The notes under the pieces are model-generated. The model did no database searches. It was given only the letters and a program-made list of their open reading frames with translations, and was not told where the DNA came from. This document shows positions 1 to 12,720 of a stretch of DNA of 64,000 bases, in pieces; position 1 is the stretch's first letter, and every line of letters starts with the position of its first letter. The DNA is taken from positions 42,532,001 to 42,596,000 of the forward strand of contig NC_043013.1 in the NCBI RefSeq assembly GCF_006345805.1. The letters run 5' to 3'. A program made the position numbers and the translations under genes. The DNA is from Octopus sinensis. Taxonomy: Eukaryota.

Positions 1-1259
1 TGCTCATAAACACACACATCACCCAGTCTGAGATTCGAACCCGCAATCCTTCAACCGCAAGTCCACTATTCTAACCACTAGGCCATGTGCCTCCACTTCT
101 TCCAAAGTAATCCAATACAAAAAAAAAGTCACTTAGATACCTTCTACTCACTCTGCTGCCACCAAGTCATCTGAACCCAGCCAAAGCCAGCCTATTTCTA
201 TCATAAGTTATGTTAATATTTCTATTTATTTCTTTACTAGCACTATGACCCAGCATAGTGCTAGTGCATGCATATACAGCTCCGTGTGTGTGCACATACT
301 CGTGAGTACTGTCCAAATCTCTGATCAGTCACATACAGCTAGCTGGCATTCAATTGGCGTATCAAGTTTCGGGCATTTTGATTGGGTTTTGGATAGAAAA
401 TTCACAAAAAAGTCACTTCTATTGATTTTTTAATGGCTTTGCGGGGTGACTAAGGAAATGTAAAGATGTGCACAACCACCCTTGGACGGTTTTGAATGAC
501 CATAGAAAGTGCGAGCCCTCAAACTGAAAAATTGTGGATTTGTATAATGGACACACACGCAGACATTTTGCCGTTTATATATAGAGATATTTCTGAGAAT
601 TTTTTGTACCTCATTGCTCCTACCAGTATTTTATTCCCAAGACTGAACACCAACTCTCTCAAGGGCCAACAGGGTAGGGGGAGGAGGACATTTTAGTGGT
701 CACTCAAATTCCTAGAAATAACTGTCAAATCTCCTTTAAATAACATGTTATCATCTTGGACAAAAAAAAAAAAGATAAAGCACTAGAGATGTTAGGTAGT
801 TAACAACCCTTAGCAAGACAGGCTGGTGCTGCTTGGTTGTCTTTATGTCTTTAATCGTGGGTCTGCTTGATCACAGTAAATCTGAGGTTAAATACTAACA
901 ACAACAAAAATAATCCTTCATTTCAAGGATTAGATTGCTGACCCTTTCTCATTCACAACAAACACTTCGATAATATCTCTGCTTCAAACCCATTCTAAAA
1001 CCCTGCCTTCTCTCTCTCTCTCTTCCCAGTTTCTTATCTCCATATCCATCTACCTCTTAATGCATTCATGCCATCATCTGAATAATTCATCAGTTAATTA
1101 ATTCATTCCTTCTTCCATCCATCCACACCCTCCACTCACCAGTCAATTTCACCCAGCAAAGAAGCCTCTACATGTTAGGTCAACCTGCTAGAAACAGCAG
1201 CAGCCACCTCTCTCTCTCTCCAACGGTACTCTGCTCTCTTAACAAAGGACACATTACAT

Positions 1260-1514
1260 CAATAGTCCTTAACCGGGTCCATATGTCCCTTGTGGGGTCC
1301 ATATAAGATTTTGTTATTAAAATTTATCCCCAATTAATTGGTTATATTTCTACCATTCATAAAGTATTTTAACAATTTTTTTAATACAATTCCTAATAAT
1401 ATTTAATTATAAAAATATAATGGGGTTTTTAAAACCTCAAATGGCTATGAGGGTCCACCTGAGTAAAATAGAAATCAAAGGAGCCCATAGGCAAAAAATG
1501 GTTGAGGACCACTG
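1260..1514. mobile_element. hAT-type MITE
   Basis: Ends caatagtccttaacc / ggttgaggaccactg; 8-bp TSD cattacat/tattagat (6/8). Confidence 0.6.
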
Positions 1515-2233
1515 TATTAGATAATGTAGTCTACAGTACTCCGTTCCTCAACTGCCTTTAATCATTAGCCTTCATGAACAGGATTGACATTGGGCTAAAC
1601 CAAGGGTCAGCTAACTGTTTTTTATCCAATTACCCCGAAATATATTTATTTACATCGACGTTACCCACTAGATTTGAATGGAAGAAAATCATAGATAACA
1701 GGGAACACATTTTGTTTTTTATATAATTTTACTTATGTCTAATGAGTCCTTATTACCACCACAAATTTAATTTTTACCCCATTTGGGGTAATTTACTCTG
1801 GTTCACCAAACCCTTGGCTAAACAATTAAATATATCTTGTTATCAATCCACCTGTCTATGGATCTATCTATATATCAATTCACCCATTTGTGTATCAATC
1901 TAGGCATCTCTCAGTCTATATAAATAATCCAGTTATTAGCCCATATGACAATTTAGTCATCATGTGTGGTAAGAATTTTGCTTCCCAACCACATGGTCCC
2001 AGGTTCAGTTCCACTATGTGGCACTTTGGGCTAGTGTCTTCTACTACAGCCTCAAACCAACCAAAAGCATTGTGAGCAGATGTGATAGACGTAAACCGAA
2101 AGAAGCTCGTTGTGTGTGTGTATTTATCTCCCCCACCATCACTTGACAACTGGTGTTGGTCTGTTTATGTCCCTGTAACTTAGCAGTTGAGGAAAAGAGA
2201 CTAATAGAATAAGTACCAGGCTTAAAAACAAAA

Positions 2234-2431
2234 TCATCATCATCACTGTTTAACGTCCGCTTTCCATGCTAGCATGGGTTGGACGGTTCAACTGGGGTCT
2301 GGGAAGCCCGAAGGCTGCACCAGGCCAGTCAGATCTGGCAGTGTTTCTACAGCTGGATGCCCTTCCTAATGCCAACCACTCCGTGAGTGTAGTGGGTGTT
2401 TTTTATGTGCCACCGACACAGGTGCCAGACG
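2234..2431 (-). mobile_element. 5'-truncated RTE LINE 3' UTR nested in a tRNA-SINE
   Basis: (CAT)n tail followed by the family 3' end; SINE sequence resumes after the insertion. Confidence 0.7.
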
Positions 2432-2576
2432 AGAATAATAATAATAATAATAAGTACTGGGGTCAATTCATTGGACTAAAAGTTCTTCAAGGCAGTGCCC
2501 CAGGATGGTCGCAGTCTAATGACTGAAACAACTAAAAGACAGCAGATAAAAGACCAAAACCGTGCAGACATCTATC

Positions 2577-3371
2577 GGTGCCGGTGCAGCATGTAATCTA
2601 CTTGCCATTGTTAAAAATTTGCAATTATAATTAGAGGAGTGAGTTAAACATTTTTAAAAAAATAAAAGAAAAAGAAAAATTTTTATTGATTTTTATTTCA
2701 TACTAGAAACATGAATAACTGTGTGATTGTTTGTATACAGCATGGATATTATTTAAAAATGTAATGAAAAGATTTTGCTCATTTTATCTTAAAATCTTCC
2801 AACAAATGGAATCTAAATGAGATTGAAATATTTGCAATGGAACATCTCCCTTTTTTCTTTTTTTTTTTTTTTGAGAAGATGAATTTTAACTTCTTGCCAC
2901 AACTGCTCAATGTTCTGTGTATGTGTTCCATCTTGACGATTAACATAACTTTGCTGGTGGTTGGCATCCCCTCCCTGTGCAGCGAAACACAGGATGAGAT
3001 TCACCTCTTATTTTTCTTTGTTTTTCTGCCATTTCTCTTCCACATTTGCTGCATGGATCAATATCTCCATGTTCATCAAGGAGTTCATAGCATCTGAGAA
3101 ATTCTATTGCAGCTTCTTCGTCTCGAATAACCTGTGTGTAAAATTCTTTTGCTCTCATCACAACTTCTTTCAAAGGGCTCAGGGTTAAAAGTGTTTAAAT
3201 CATAAAAGATCTTTTGACTTATATACCAAACCAACCAAAAGTCGAGTAAATAGATGAATTTTAAAAGTAGATCAAAAAGTCTGTGTGGATCACAAACTAT
3301 CCCATTTGAACTAATGTAGATCACAAGATATACCAGAAACATGTATGTAGATCACATACTACACTGGCACC
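2577..3371 (-). mobile_element. Internally deleted Merlin (IS1595/IS1016-like) DNA transposon
   Basis: 25-bp TIRs 2577-2601 and 3347-3371 (21/25); flanking direct repeat gacatctatc; minus strand carries N-terminal CxxC..C and C-terminal NHQQSYVN..GTHTQNIEQLW. Confidence 0.8.
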
Positions 3372-3454
3372 GACATCTATCACTTCACCTCACAACCAGG
3401 AGCTGAATGAACATGGTTCAGCCAAACTCATACTCCCCATTTTTTTTTTCTTTT

Positions 3455-3817
3455 TGTTACCTCTGCCTTAGCAAAGGTAGAGGTATTGTTTTCAGTTGTG
3501 TTTGTTTGTCCATGGACAAGATATCTCAAGAACTGCAGGATGGATTCAGATGAAACTTTCAGGGATGTTTAGCCTCATGATTGGCATGAACTAATTAGAT
3601 TTTGGGATCAATCCAGTAACAGACAAGGGTTCTGAATTATTTTTCTGGTTCTTTTACTTAATTTTTTAGAGTGGTCAGGTTCATTTTAGTATTCTTGTTT
3701 GTGAGAGCTGTCGAGTTTATTCCAGATATTCTCATTTTAAAAATCATCTCCGTCTAATCATTAAGAGGACATTGGTGTTGCTTTGGTGGAGGTTTGCACT
3801 CTCTGAGTGCTCTTGTT
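3455..3817 (-). mobile_element. Non-autonomous Helentron/HINE-like element, copy 1
   Basis: Terminal hairpin acctctgcctt/aaggtagaggt 3459-3484; inverse homolog of 16796-17167. Confidence 0.45.
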
Positions 3818-4007
3818 TTACTTGTTTCAGTCATTAGGCTGTGGCCATGCTGGGGCACTGCTTCGAAGGGTTATAGATCCCATTATTTTTAAGTCTGGTA
3901 CTTACTCCACCTGTCTCATTTGCCTAACTGCTAAATCACAGGGACATAAACATACCAGCACTGGTTATCAAGTGGTGGTGGGGGACAAATACATACAGAC
4001 ACATATA

Positions 4008-4523
4008 CCGTAAATCCTCGAGTATAATCCGCATTTTTTCTCCAAAATTTAAAGGTCAAAATCCCTAGTGCTTACGAGGTTAAAAATGAAAAAATATCTT
4101 CTAAGCAATATCCGAGTCTCTATTTGCTGTCTGGCTATGTTTATTCAGACGCATTTTGTGATGTCGGGTGCAAAAATACCCTAAGCTAAGCCTGAATGCA
4201 ATGAAGTCATTAGAGAATCATCCACAACTTGCAGTAAGCAACATTTATTAAAATAAAAGTATTCAGAACACAGAATAACATGTAACAAAAACAATTTGCA
4301 AACATATTTACATTCCCATATAACAGTTAAGAACATCACCATTGTTGTATTACGCATGCGCGGAAGTAATTGTTCAACTAGGTGCTGCTGGCTTAATTAC
4401 GCACGACTCAAGTTAGAGAAGAGGTGCGTATTATACATAAAGTTTAGGTTTTTCAGAGGTACAGCCCCCTAAAAATCTCCTGTGTATTATACTCAAGGGC
4501 AGACTATACTCGAGGATTTACGG
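4008..4523. mobile_element. pogo/Tc1-mariner-type MITE, copy 1
   Basis: TIR ccgtaaatcctcgagtata / tatactcgaggatttacgg; TA on the left; homolog at 32018. Confidence 0.8.
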
Positions 4524-4749
4524 GATATATTTATACAGACTGGTGCTGGTGCCATGTAAAAAGCACCCAGTACATTCTATAAAGTGGTTGGCATTAGGAA
4601 GGGCATCTAGCTGTAGAAAGTAAGCCAAAACAGATTATGGAATTTGGTGTGGCCCCTGGCCTTACCAGCTCCTGTCAAGCCATCTAACCCTTGCGAACGT
4701 GAAAAATGTATGTTAGATGATGATGATGATGAGCCTCCACTCTGTTTCT

Positions 4750-4962
4750 TATTTTTTACTGCCCACAAGGGGCCACACACAGAGGGGACAAACAAGGACA
4801 GACAAACAGATTAAGTCGATTATATCGACCCATGTGTGTAACTGGTACTTATTTAATCGACCCCGGAAGGATGAAAAGCAAAGTCGAGCTCAGCGGAATT
4901 TGAACTCAGAATGTGGCAGCTGACGAAATACCGCTAAGCATTTCACCAGGCATGCTAACGTT
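4750..4962 (-). mobile_element. tRNA-derived SINE, family C
   Basis: Same core as 36991-37221. Confidence 0.7.
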
Positions 4963-5810
4963 TGCATATGTTTGTGTGTCTGTTTGTCCCCCCAATATCG
5001 CTTGACAACTGATGCTGGTGTGTTTACATCCCCATAACTTAGCGGTTTGGCAAAAGAGACCGATAGAATAAGTACCAGGCTTACATAGAATAAGTCCTGG
5101 GCTCGATTTGCTTGACTAAAAGGCGGTGCTCCAGCATGGCCACAGTCAAATGACTGAAACAAGTAAAAGAGTAAAAGAGAGAGTATATATATTTATGCAA
5201 TTATCTGCTGCCTGTTGATCCATACAACCATCCATCTGATCTGCCTTTCGATCCAGATATTAATCCATACAGATGATGTTTTATCAAGTCATACATCCAT
5301 TTCTCTCTCCATCTATGCAGCCATTGTCTGCCAAGTCGGTGAGGGGAGTCTCTACGCAGACTTTTGACCTGCTAGAAATAACAGCCAAATTTCCTCCACA
5401 AAACACACCCTGTCATCTTTCAAAGAAGAAAGAATGCATTGAATAATGTGGTGTAAGCTATGCATTATCCGAAAGTAGACAAGCTGGTTGTGGTTGATTT
5501 GTTAAGTGTTCTTTCAATCAGGGCTGACCAAAGAGTAATCATTATCATCACCAACGATAATACACACAATGGTAAATAGACTATGTTTACACCTGATTAA
5601 ATATGTAGCATATCTGCATTGGATGTTATCCTCTGCTCAGAGTCTCTGTGAAAGATTACAGCTGACAATAGCTCAGACCATTGTTAACATCAGACTAACC
5701 TCTTAAGCTTTGTCTTGATGATGTGTTTACGTTGTAGGATGAAGAGAGATTTAATGGTCAATATACGGCCTCTTGACCCTTTAGCATTCAGATTGTTCTG
5801 TGAGTTGTAA

Positions 5811-6160
5811 TTACTCTTTTATTACTCTTTTACTTGTTTCAGTCATTTGACTGTGGCCATGCTGGAGCACCGCCTTTAGTCGAGCAAATCGACCCCAAGA
5901 CTTATTTCTTTGTAAGCCTAGTACTTACTCTATCGGTGTCTTTTGCCGAACCGCTAAGTTACGGGGACGTAAACACACCAGCATCGGTTGTCAAGTGATG
6001 TTGGGAGGACAAACACAGACACACAAACAGATACACACACACACATATATATATACATATATACAATGGGCTTCTTTCAGTTTCCGTCTACCAAATCCAC
6101 TCACAAGGCTTTGGTCAGCCCGAGGCTATAGTAGAAGACACTTGCCCAAGGTGCCATGCA
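5811..6160 (-). mobile_element. tRNA-derived SINE, family A (5'-truncated)
   Basis: Family A body with internal CA/TA microsatellite and (GAGTAAAA)-type tail. Confidence 0.75.
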
Positions 6161-6606
6161 TGTTTTGATAACCAATGTTATCCAACGTAAAGACAAAGGG
6201 GCCGATACAGCTTGGTACCAGTGACATAGCGACTCATTTCTACAGGTCAATGAGCTGGAGTGACGTGAAATAATGTGTCTTGCTCAAGAACACAACACAC
6301 AACCTGGTCTGGCAATCAAACTCACAACCTCGCAATCGTAAGCTCTAACCACTGAGCCATGCACCTTCTGTGCATGTATGGATGTAGATTAAACCTGTAG
6401 GTATGAAGGCTTAGTGGTTAGGGTATTCAGTTCACAATTGTAAGGTTGCGAGTTCAATTCTCAGCTCATTGTGTCCTTGAGCAAGACACTTTATTTCCTG
6501 TTGCTTCAGTCCACTCAGCTGGCAAAAATTGGACATTGACTGTATTTCAAAGGGCCAGTGTTGTCGCATTCTGTTTCATGTTGAATATCCCTCAGCACTG
6601 CATTAA

Positions 6607-6829
6607 CCCTTTCATTACTGTATTTATTTTGAGATGCTCTGTGTTTCTTTCAATTACTTTAAATATAACAAAGAACTTAATAAAATAACTTAATTATCAT
6701 TAAGCTAGTGTTAGGAACATAAATTGTGACTAAGGTTTGGTGGAAGATTTTAATTCAAAACTTATGAAAACAAGGCATTTTTTGTACTGAGAGCCAGAGC
6801 CGGTTTCAGCTGGGTTGGTAACGAAAGGG
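6607..6829. mobile_element. piggyBac-type MITE
   Basis: TTAA|ccctttc ... gaaaggg|TTAA; homologous to 8203-8425. Confidence 0.8.
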
Positions 6830-7239
6830 TTAAGGGTAAAAATGTTTGTGGTGTACTCAGCCACTGGCATTTTAATTTCACAAGCAGGCTGTTCCGTTGA
6901 TCGGATCGTCGTAACCGAACTGAGTGTCTGGGTGTGTGTTGGTAGATGTGTGTCTGGATGTGCATATCTGGTGTGTTTGTATAAGAGATGCTTGCCTCTG
7001 TGTGTGTGTGTGTGTGTGTATGTGTGCACCACGTGCGCACACACAAATACATGCATGTTGATATCTCTGTTGATATGTATATATCGCTTAATGTTTGTAT
7101 GTGTCTGTAGGTGTGTGTGTGTGTTTCTAGAGGTGAGCATGTGAGTCACATGGCAGCCATCCAATACCAGATGACAACCACCTGACTACTGACACTGCCC
7201 AAGGTCACATGCCAAATGACTAAAAGACCTGCCAGGTTA

Positions 7240-7297
<58 letters not shown>

Positions 7298-7654
7298 TGC
7301 TCTTTTTCCTGTACATTCTCTCCCCCCATCACTCTCTTCACATTCATACAGACACAGCCCCCCCCCCTGCACCTGAATAATGCAACATCAGCAAACATGT
7401 TCACACATACATAAATAGCAAATCTCTAAATACACAAAACATACATTTGCATAAATGTGTCATGTTTGCTTCCCAAACACATGGTTCCAGGTTCAATCCT
7501 ACTGCACTGCACATTGAGAAAGTGTTTTCTACTATAGCCCCAGGCTGATCAAGGTCTTGTTAGTGGATTTTGATAGACAGAAACTGAAAGAAGCCCATCT
7601 TGTGTGTGTGTTGATAATGTGTGATTGTTGTAAATAAATCTTTATTTTTTTTTT

Positions 7655-8050
7655 GTCTTTTGCTTGTTTCGGTCATTAGACTGCGGCCATGCTGGGGTAC
7701 CGCCTTGAATAATTTTTAGTCAAATAAATTGACTCTGCTGTTTTTTTCATTTTTCTTTTAAGCCTGGTTCATACTCTATCATTCCATTTTGCTGAACCGC
7801 TAATTTACAGGGACATAAATACACCAACACCGGTTGTCAAGCATTGGTGGGGGAACAAACAAACACAAAGACACACACACATAGACATGTGTGTGTGTGT
7901 GTGTGTGTATTTATGACAGGCTTTTCTCCGTTTCTGTCTACGAAATCTACTCACAAAGCTTTGTTTGGCTTGAGGGTATATAGCAGAAGACACTTGCCCA
8001 AGGTGCCATACAGTAGGGCTGAGCCTGGAACCATGTGGTTGGGAAGCAAG
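7655..8050 (-). mobile_element. SINE family A
   Basis: Diverged full-length copy. Confidence 0.7.
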
Positions 8051-8202
8051 CTTCTTTATTACTCTTTGAAAATATGTCTAGGAAATATTACAATTGCTTG
8101 GGACCAGAGAGGGTTGACAACAGAAAAGGTACCTGGGTGAAGACAATCTGCCTCAATAAATGCCATCTGAAATCCATCCAGACATAGAAAAGCATATATT
8201 AA

Positions 8203-8425
8203 CCCTTTTGATACCAACCCACCTGAAACCGCCTCTGGTTCTGTAGTACAAATGTCCTGTTTTCAAAAGTTCTGAATTAAAATCTTCCACCAAACCTTAG
8301 TCACAATTTATGTTCCTAACACTAGCTTAATGATAAACTAAATTATTTTTACTAATTTTTTGTTATATTTGAAATTAATTGAAAGAAACACAGAGTATCT
8401 CAACAGAAATATGGTAACAAAAGGG
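8203..8425. mobile_element. piggyBac-type MITE
   Basis: TTAA|ccctttt ... aaaaggg|ctaa; inverted relative to the 6607 copy. Confidence 0.75.
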
Positions 8426-8685
8426 CTAAACCATATTTGTGAACAGCTCTGGATTAACCATTAAATGAAATAAACATTTGCTTAGTGCACCACCACAGAA
8501 ATGATAAATGGTCTACAACACAAAAGAAATCACTTTAAAATTACTAAAGTGGTTTGTATGAGCAGAAAGAGATGCATGCATGTGTGTGCATGTCTGAGTG
8601 TTTACACTAGTATTTACCTATTTTTTTCTGGAAATTGGAAATTGTAGAAAATGGTGAACAGTCTTAATTTTCAGTTCATACTGGG

Positions 8686-9477
8686 GGTGACCGGGCAATT
8701 TGCTGTAAACAAATTCACCATATGGATATTTCGCTGCAAGGACATTTTCCTGTAAAGCTTAGAAACTTGAAATTGCATCGTTAATTAAATAAGGTAGATA
8801 AAGGAATAGTATTAACTGCAGTCCTTTTCAGTAATTGCTGATAAGATAATTTAAAAACAGAAAGGTCGTTTAAATTTGAAACTGCATCGTTAATTATTTG
8901 CATGCAATTGCAATGAGCTTACATGATTTTTAACTTTTTAGTTTTTTAGCTTAGCTTTTTAAATAAAGTGTTTGACCTTCATTATTATTTTTTTTTTATC
9001 TTTCTCTTCTTATGCTTTACTACAAAATGTCCTTATGGCAAAATATCCATACTCTTTTACTTGTTTCAGTCATTTGACTGCGGCCATGCAACTCGACCCC
9101 GGGACTTATTCTTTTGTAAGCCCAGTACTTATTCTATCGGTCTCTTTTGCCGAACCGCTAGGTAATGGGGACATAAACACACCAGCATCGGTTGCCATGC
9201 AATGCTAGGGGGACAAACACAGACACACAAACACATATATATATATACATATATATGACGGGCTTCTTTCAGTTTCCATCTACCAAATCCACTCACAAGG
9301 CTTTGGTCGGCCCGAGGCTATAGTAGAAGACACTTGCCCAAGGTGCCACGCTGTGGGACTGAACCCGGGACCATGTGGTTGGTAAACAAGCTACTTACCA
9401 CACAGCCACTCATGGTGAATTGTCTTACAGTGAATAGTCCTATGGCCAATTGGCCTATGATGAAATGTCCTGGATCC
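8686..9477. mobile_element. MULE-like non-autonomous element with nested SINE A (about 9052-9410)
   Basis: 9-bp TSD catactggg at 8677-85 and 9478-86; loose TIRs built of GGACAATTCAC-like subrepeats; empty site in the paralogous segment near 10275. Confidence 0.6.
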
Positions 9478-9750
9478 CATACTGGGGCCTTATCAAAGTC
9501 AGCTGCATCACTCAACCAATTCCAGCGAAAGGAGTAGCCATTCTGTTCATATATACATCGCACAGTTAAACTTATTTACATTTCTATTCAATATTCAGTT
9601 ATACTCAGTTTCTTTAATATCCTCCATTCCTCTGTTATTTCAAGGTATGATACAATATATACGTAAACCTACATGCAGGCATACAAACTTCAGGCTAGTG
9701 TCTTCTGCTGTAACTTTGTGAGTGAAATTTGGTGTAAATGGAAGCTGTAG

Positions 9751-10161
9751 GGATTTTTTCGGTTTGAACAGCAGTTTTTTCTAGCGGTGTCATATGAAAT
9801 TGTCTCCCATAATTATGACCCTATTATCGATCTATTGCATTTCAATCTGTTTTAGGGTTAGGGGTAGAGGGAAGGGTATCTTTTTTTCTTCACAATGTAA
9901 ATAAACCCAATCTGTTTCTTAAACGAGGGACATATTCATACAACACAGAATGTTTTTTAACTCAATGGATGTCATCGGTTGGTTGAAATTGCAGAAATTG
10001 AAGAAAAAAAAACAGCAAATATCTTTCAAACTATAGAATATTCTCAATAAAGCCAAGAGAAAAAGATGTTTTATAAACACATTCTACCAGTATACGAAGT
10101 TTAAAATTTTTTAGTTACCTAGAAATTATGTTAAAAACTGCCGTTCAAACCGAAAAGATCC
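9751..10161. mobile_element. MITE with 5'-GG TIRs and 7-bp TSD
   Basis: TIR ggattttttcggtttgaacagcagttttt / aaaaactgccgttcaaaccgaaaagatcc; TSD gctgtag at 9744-50 and 10162-68. Confidence 0.75.
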
Positions 10162-11821
10162 GCTGTAGAGATGCATGTATGTGTGTTTATATTAGTTTAT
10201 TATATGAGTATTTACCTATTTTTCTGGAAATTTTTATAAAAATGATGAACAGTCTTAATCAATTTTCGATCGATATTGGGGCCTCATCAAAGGAAGCTGC
10301 ACCACTCAAACCAATCCCAGAGAAACAAGCAGCCGTTCTGTTCTTATATACATTGCGCAGTTTAACTTACTTACATTCCTACTCAATATGCAATTATAGA
10401 AATGGTTTGTTAGTGTTTCCATGAAACACAAAGATTACATAACATATCTCAGCTAACTGATCTCTCTCATTTAGCATTTCCAGAACATTGGTATCTCTAA
10501 GAATTCAAACATGCTGAAAGTACCATAGCGGCTAATTGCCTTTGATGTGCATGCCATGGGAATTGAGAAACATAGCGATAGAGACACACTGCTAATTATA
10601 TTAGTATATGTATATAGTGTGTGATATCAAGACAAGGAGACACAAAGGCTCACACATGCATACACATACACCTCTGTGCACATATATGCACACCTACATA
10701 CATCCATGCATTCACACACACACTTATTTTTATCTTTTCCTTGTTTGTTATCCTTTGTGTACATATCCCAAAACGTTTTCTATCTCTATTGATCAGTTTC
10801 AAAAAGAAAAATTCTACATTGTATTGTACCCCCTGTGTTTGGCTCTGCATAGCTTAATAAAGAAATCTATCTTTTCCTTGAGCCATTAGACTGTGGCCAT
10901 GGTGGGGCACTGCTTTGAAAGGTTTAGTCAAACCCAGTCCTTATTTTGTTTTAAAGTCTGGTACTTATTCTATCAATCTCTTTTGCTGAACTGCTAAGTT
11001 ATGGAAACATAAATAAACAAACCGACAGCCGTTGTCAAGCAATGACAGCAGGAGGATACAAATTATTCTGGGCAAAGCTATAGTAGAAGATACTTGCCCA
11101 AGATGCTGTGCATCTTGGGCAAGTATCTTGGGCAACCCAAAACTGTGTGGTTGCAGAGCAGGTTCCTTAACCACACTAGCTTCTTTTAGATTTCATCTAC
11201 CAAATCCACTTTGGTTAGCTGTGGTCTATATAGTACAAGACACTTACCCACTAAGGTATCTTGCGATGGGACTGAACCCAGTACTACATCATTGAGAAAC
11301 TCACAGAAACAAGTGATTGATTATGAAAGTAACACTAATGCTGTAAAGACAAGGCTACAATTAATAAACGCACACATACATTTCTACGGCTTTTGTTTAC
11401 AAATTTCACTCACAAAGGTTTTATTTATTCCCACTTAAATATGGCTGTTCTGTTAAAACAAACTACACTCTGGTAGATACCATGAAAGAAACTCTCATAT
11501 TGGCTTTTGGTGCAAAATGCATTCCTGTTTATATTATTAGTGGGAAGATATACAACTGAATGGCATAGTAAATTTGCTCCAGCAATTCTGTATCTGGCAC
11601 ATATTAGAGCTCAGCTACACCGCACCCAGACGCACATATTAGTGAAATTTTTTTTGCACCTACCCCCCACTTTGCTATCTCTTTATTAGTAAGAAGATTT
11701 ACCCCTGTGTCAGTCTTGTTCCTTCTCTATCTTGCTGAACAAGTTTAAAAAGTTAAAATGTTTACTGTATTAGAAAATACAAAAGCCAATAATGTATATT
11801 TATATATATATATACATTTAC

Positions 11822-12656
11822 ATCATCATCATCATCATCATCATTTAACGTCCGCTTTCCATGCTAGCATGGGTTGGACGGTTCAACTGGGGTCTGGGGA
11901 GCCCGAAAGCTGCACCAGTCCAGTCAGATCTGGCAGTGTTTCTACAGCTGGATGCCCTTCCTAACGCCAACCACTCCGAGAGTGTAGTGGGTGATTTTAT
12001 GTGCCACCGACACAGGTGCCAGACGAGGCTGGCAGACGGCCACGCTCGGATGGTGTTTTTTTATGTGCCACCGACACAGGTGCCAGACGAGGCTGGCAGA
12101 CGGCCACGCTCGGATGGTGTTTTTATGTGCCACCGACACAGGTGCCAGACGAGGCTGGCAGACGGCCACACTCGGATGGTGTTTTTATGTGCCACCGACA
12201 CAGGTGCCAGATGAGGCTGGCAAACGGCCACGATCGGATGGTGCTTGTTACGTGCCCACAGCACGGAGGCCAGTCGATGCGGTACTGGCTACGGCCACGT
12301 TCGGATGGTTTTCTTATGTGCCACGTGCCACCAGCACTGGTACCACAAAGATACAAATTCCATTGATGTTCATCTATTTTGATTTGTTTTGATTTTCACT
12401 TGTCTCAACAGGTCTTCACAAGTGTCACAAGAAGGAAGGTGGACTGACTACGTCCCAGGTAGGGGCCATGGGTTATGGCCTGACTAGTCTTGCCGGGTCT
12501 TCGGATGGTGTTTTTATGTGCCACCGACACAGGTGCTAGATGAGGCTGGCGAACGGCCACGATCGGATGGTGTTTGTCATGTGCCCACCGCACTGACTAC
12601 GGCACTGATGGATTTCTTGTGTGCCACAGGCACTGGTACCACAACACATTTATATA

Positions 12657-12660
<4 letters not shown>
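11822..12660 (-). mobile_element. RTE LINE 3' UTR copy with internal tandem array
   Basis: (CAT)n tail, ccatgctagcatgg palindrome, 62-bp repeat units. Confidence 0.8.
11995..12245. repeat. 62-bp minisatellite, 4 near-identical units
   Basis: gtgccaccgacacaggtgcc recurs at 12001, 12065, 12127 and 12189. Confidence 0.95.
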
Positions 12661-12711
<51 letters not shown>

Positions 12712-12720
12712 TATACATGC

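Noticed and set aside
11861-12392. Overlapping ORFs with repeated peptides; possible CRISPR-like array
   Set aside because: Tandem 62-bp units with no unique spacers, inside an RTE 3' UTR; no cas genes; eukaryotic DNA
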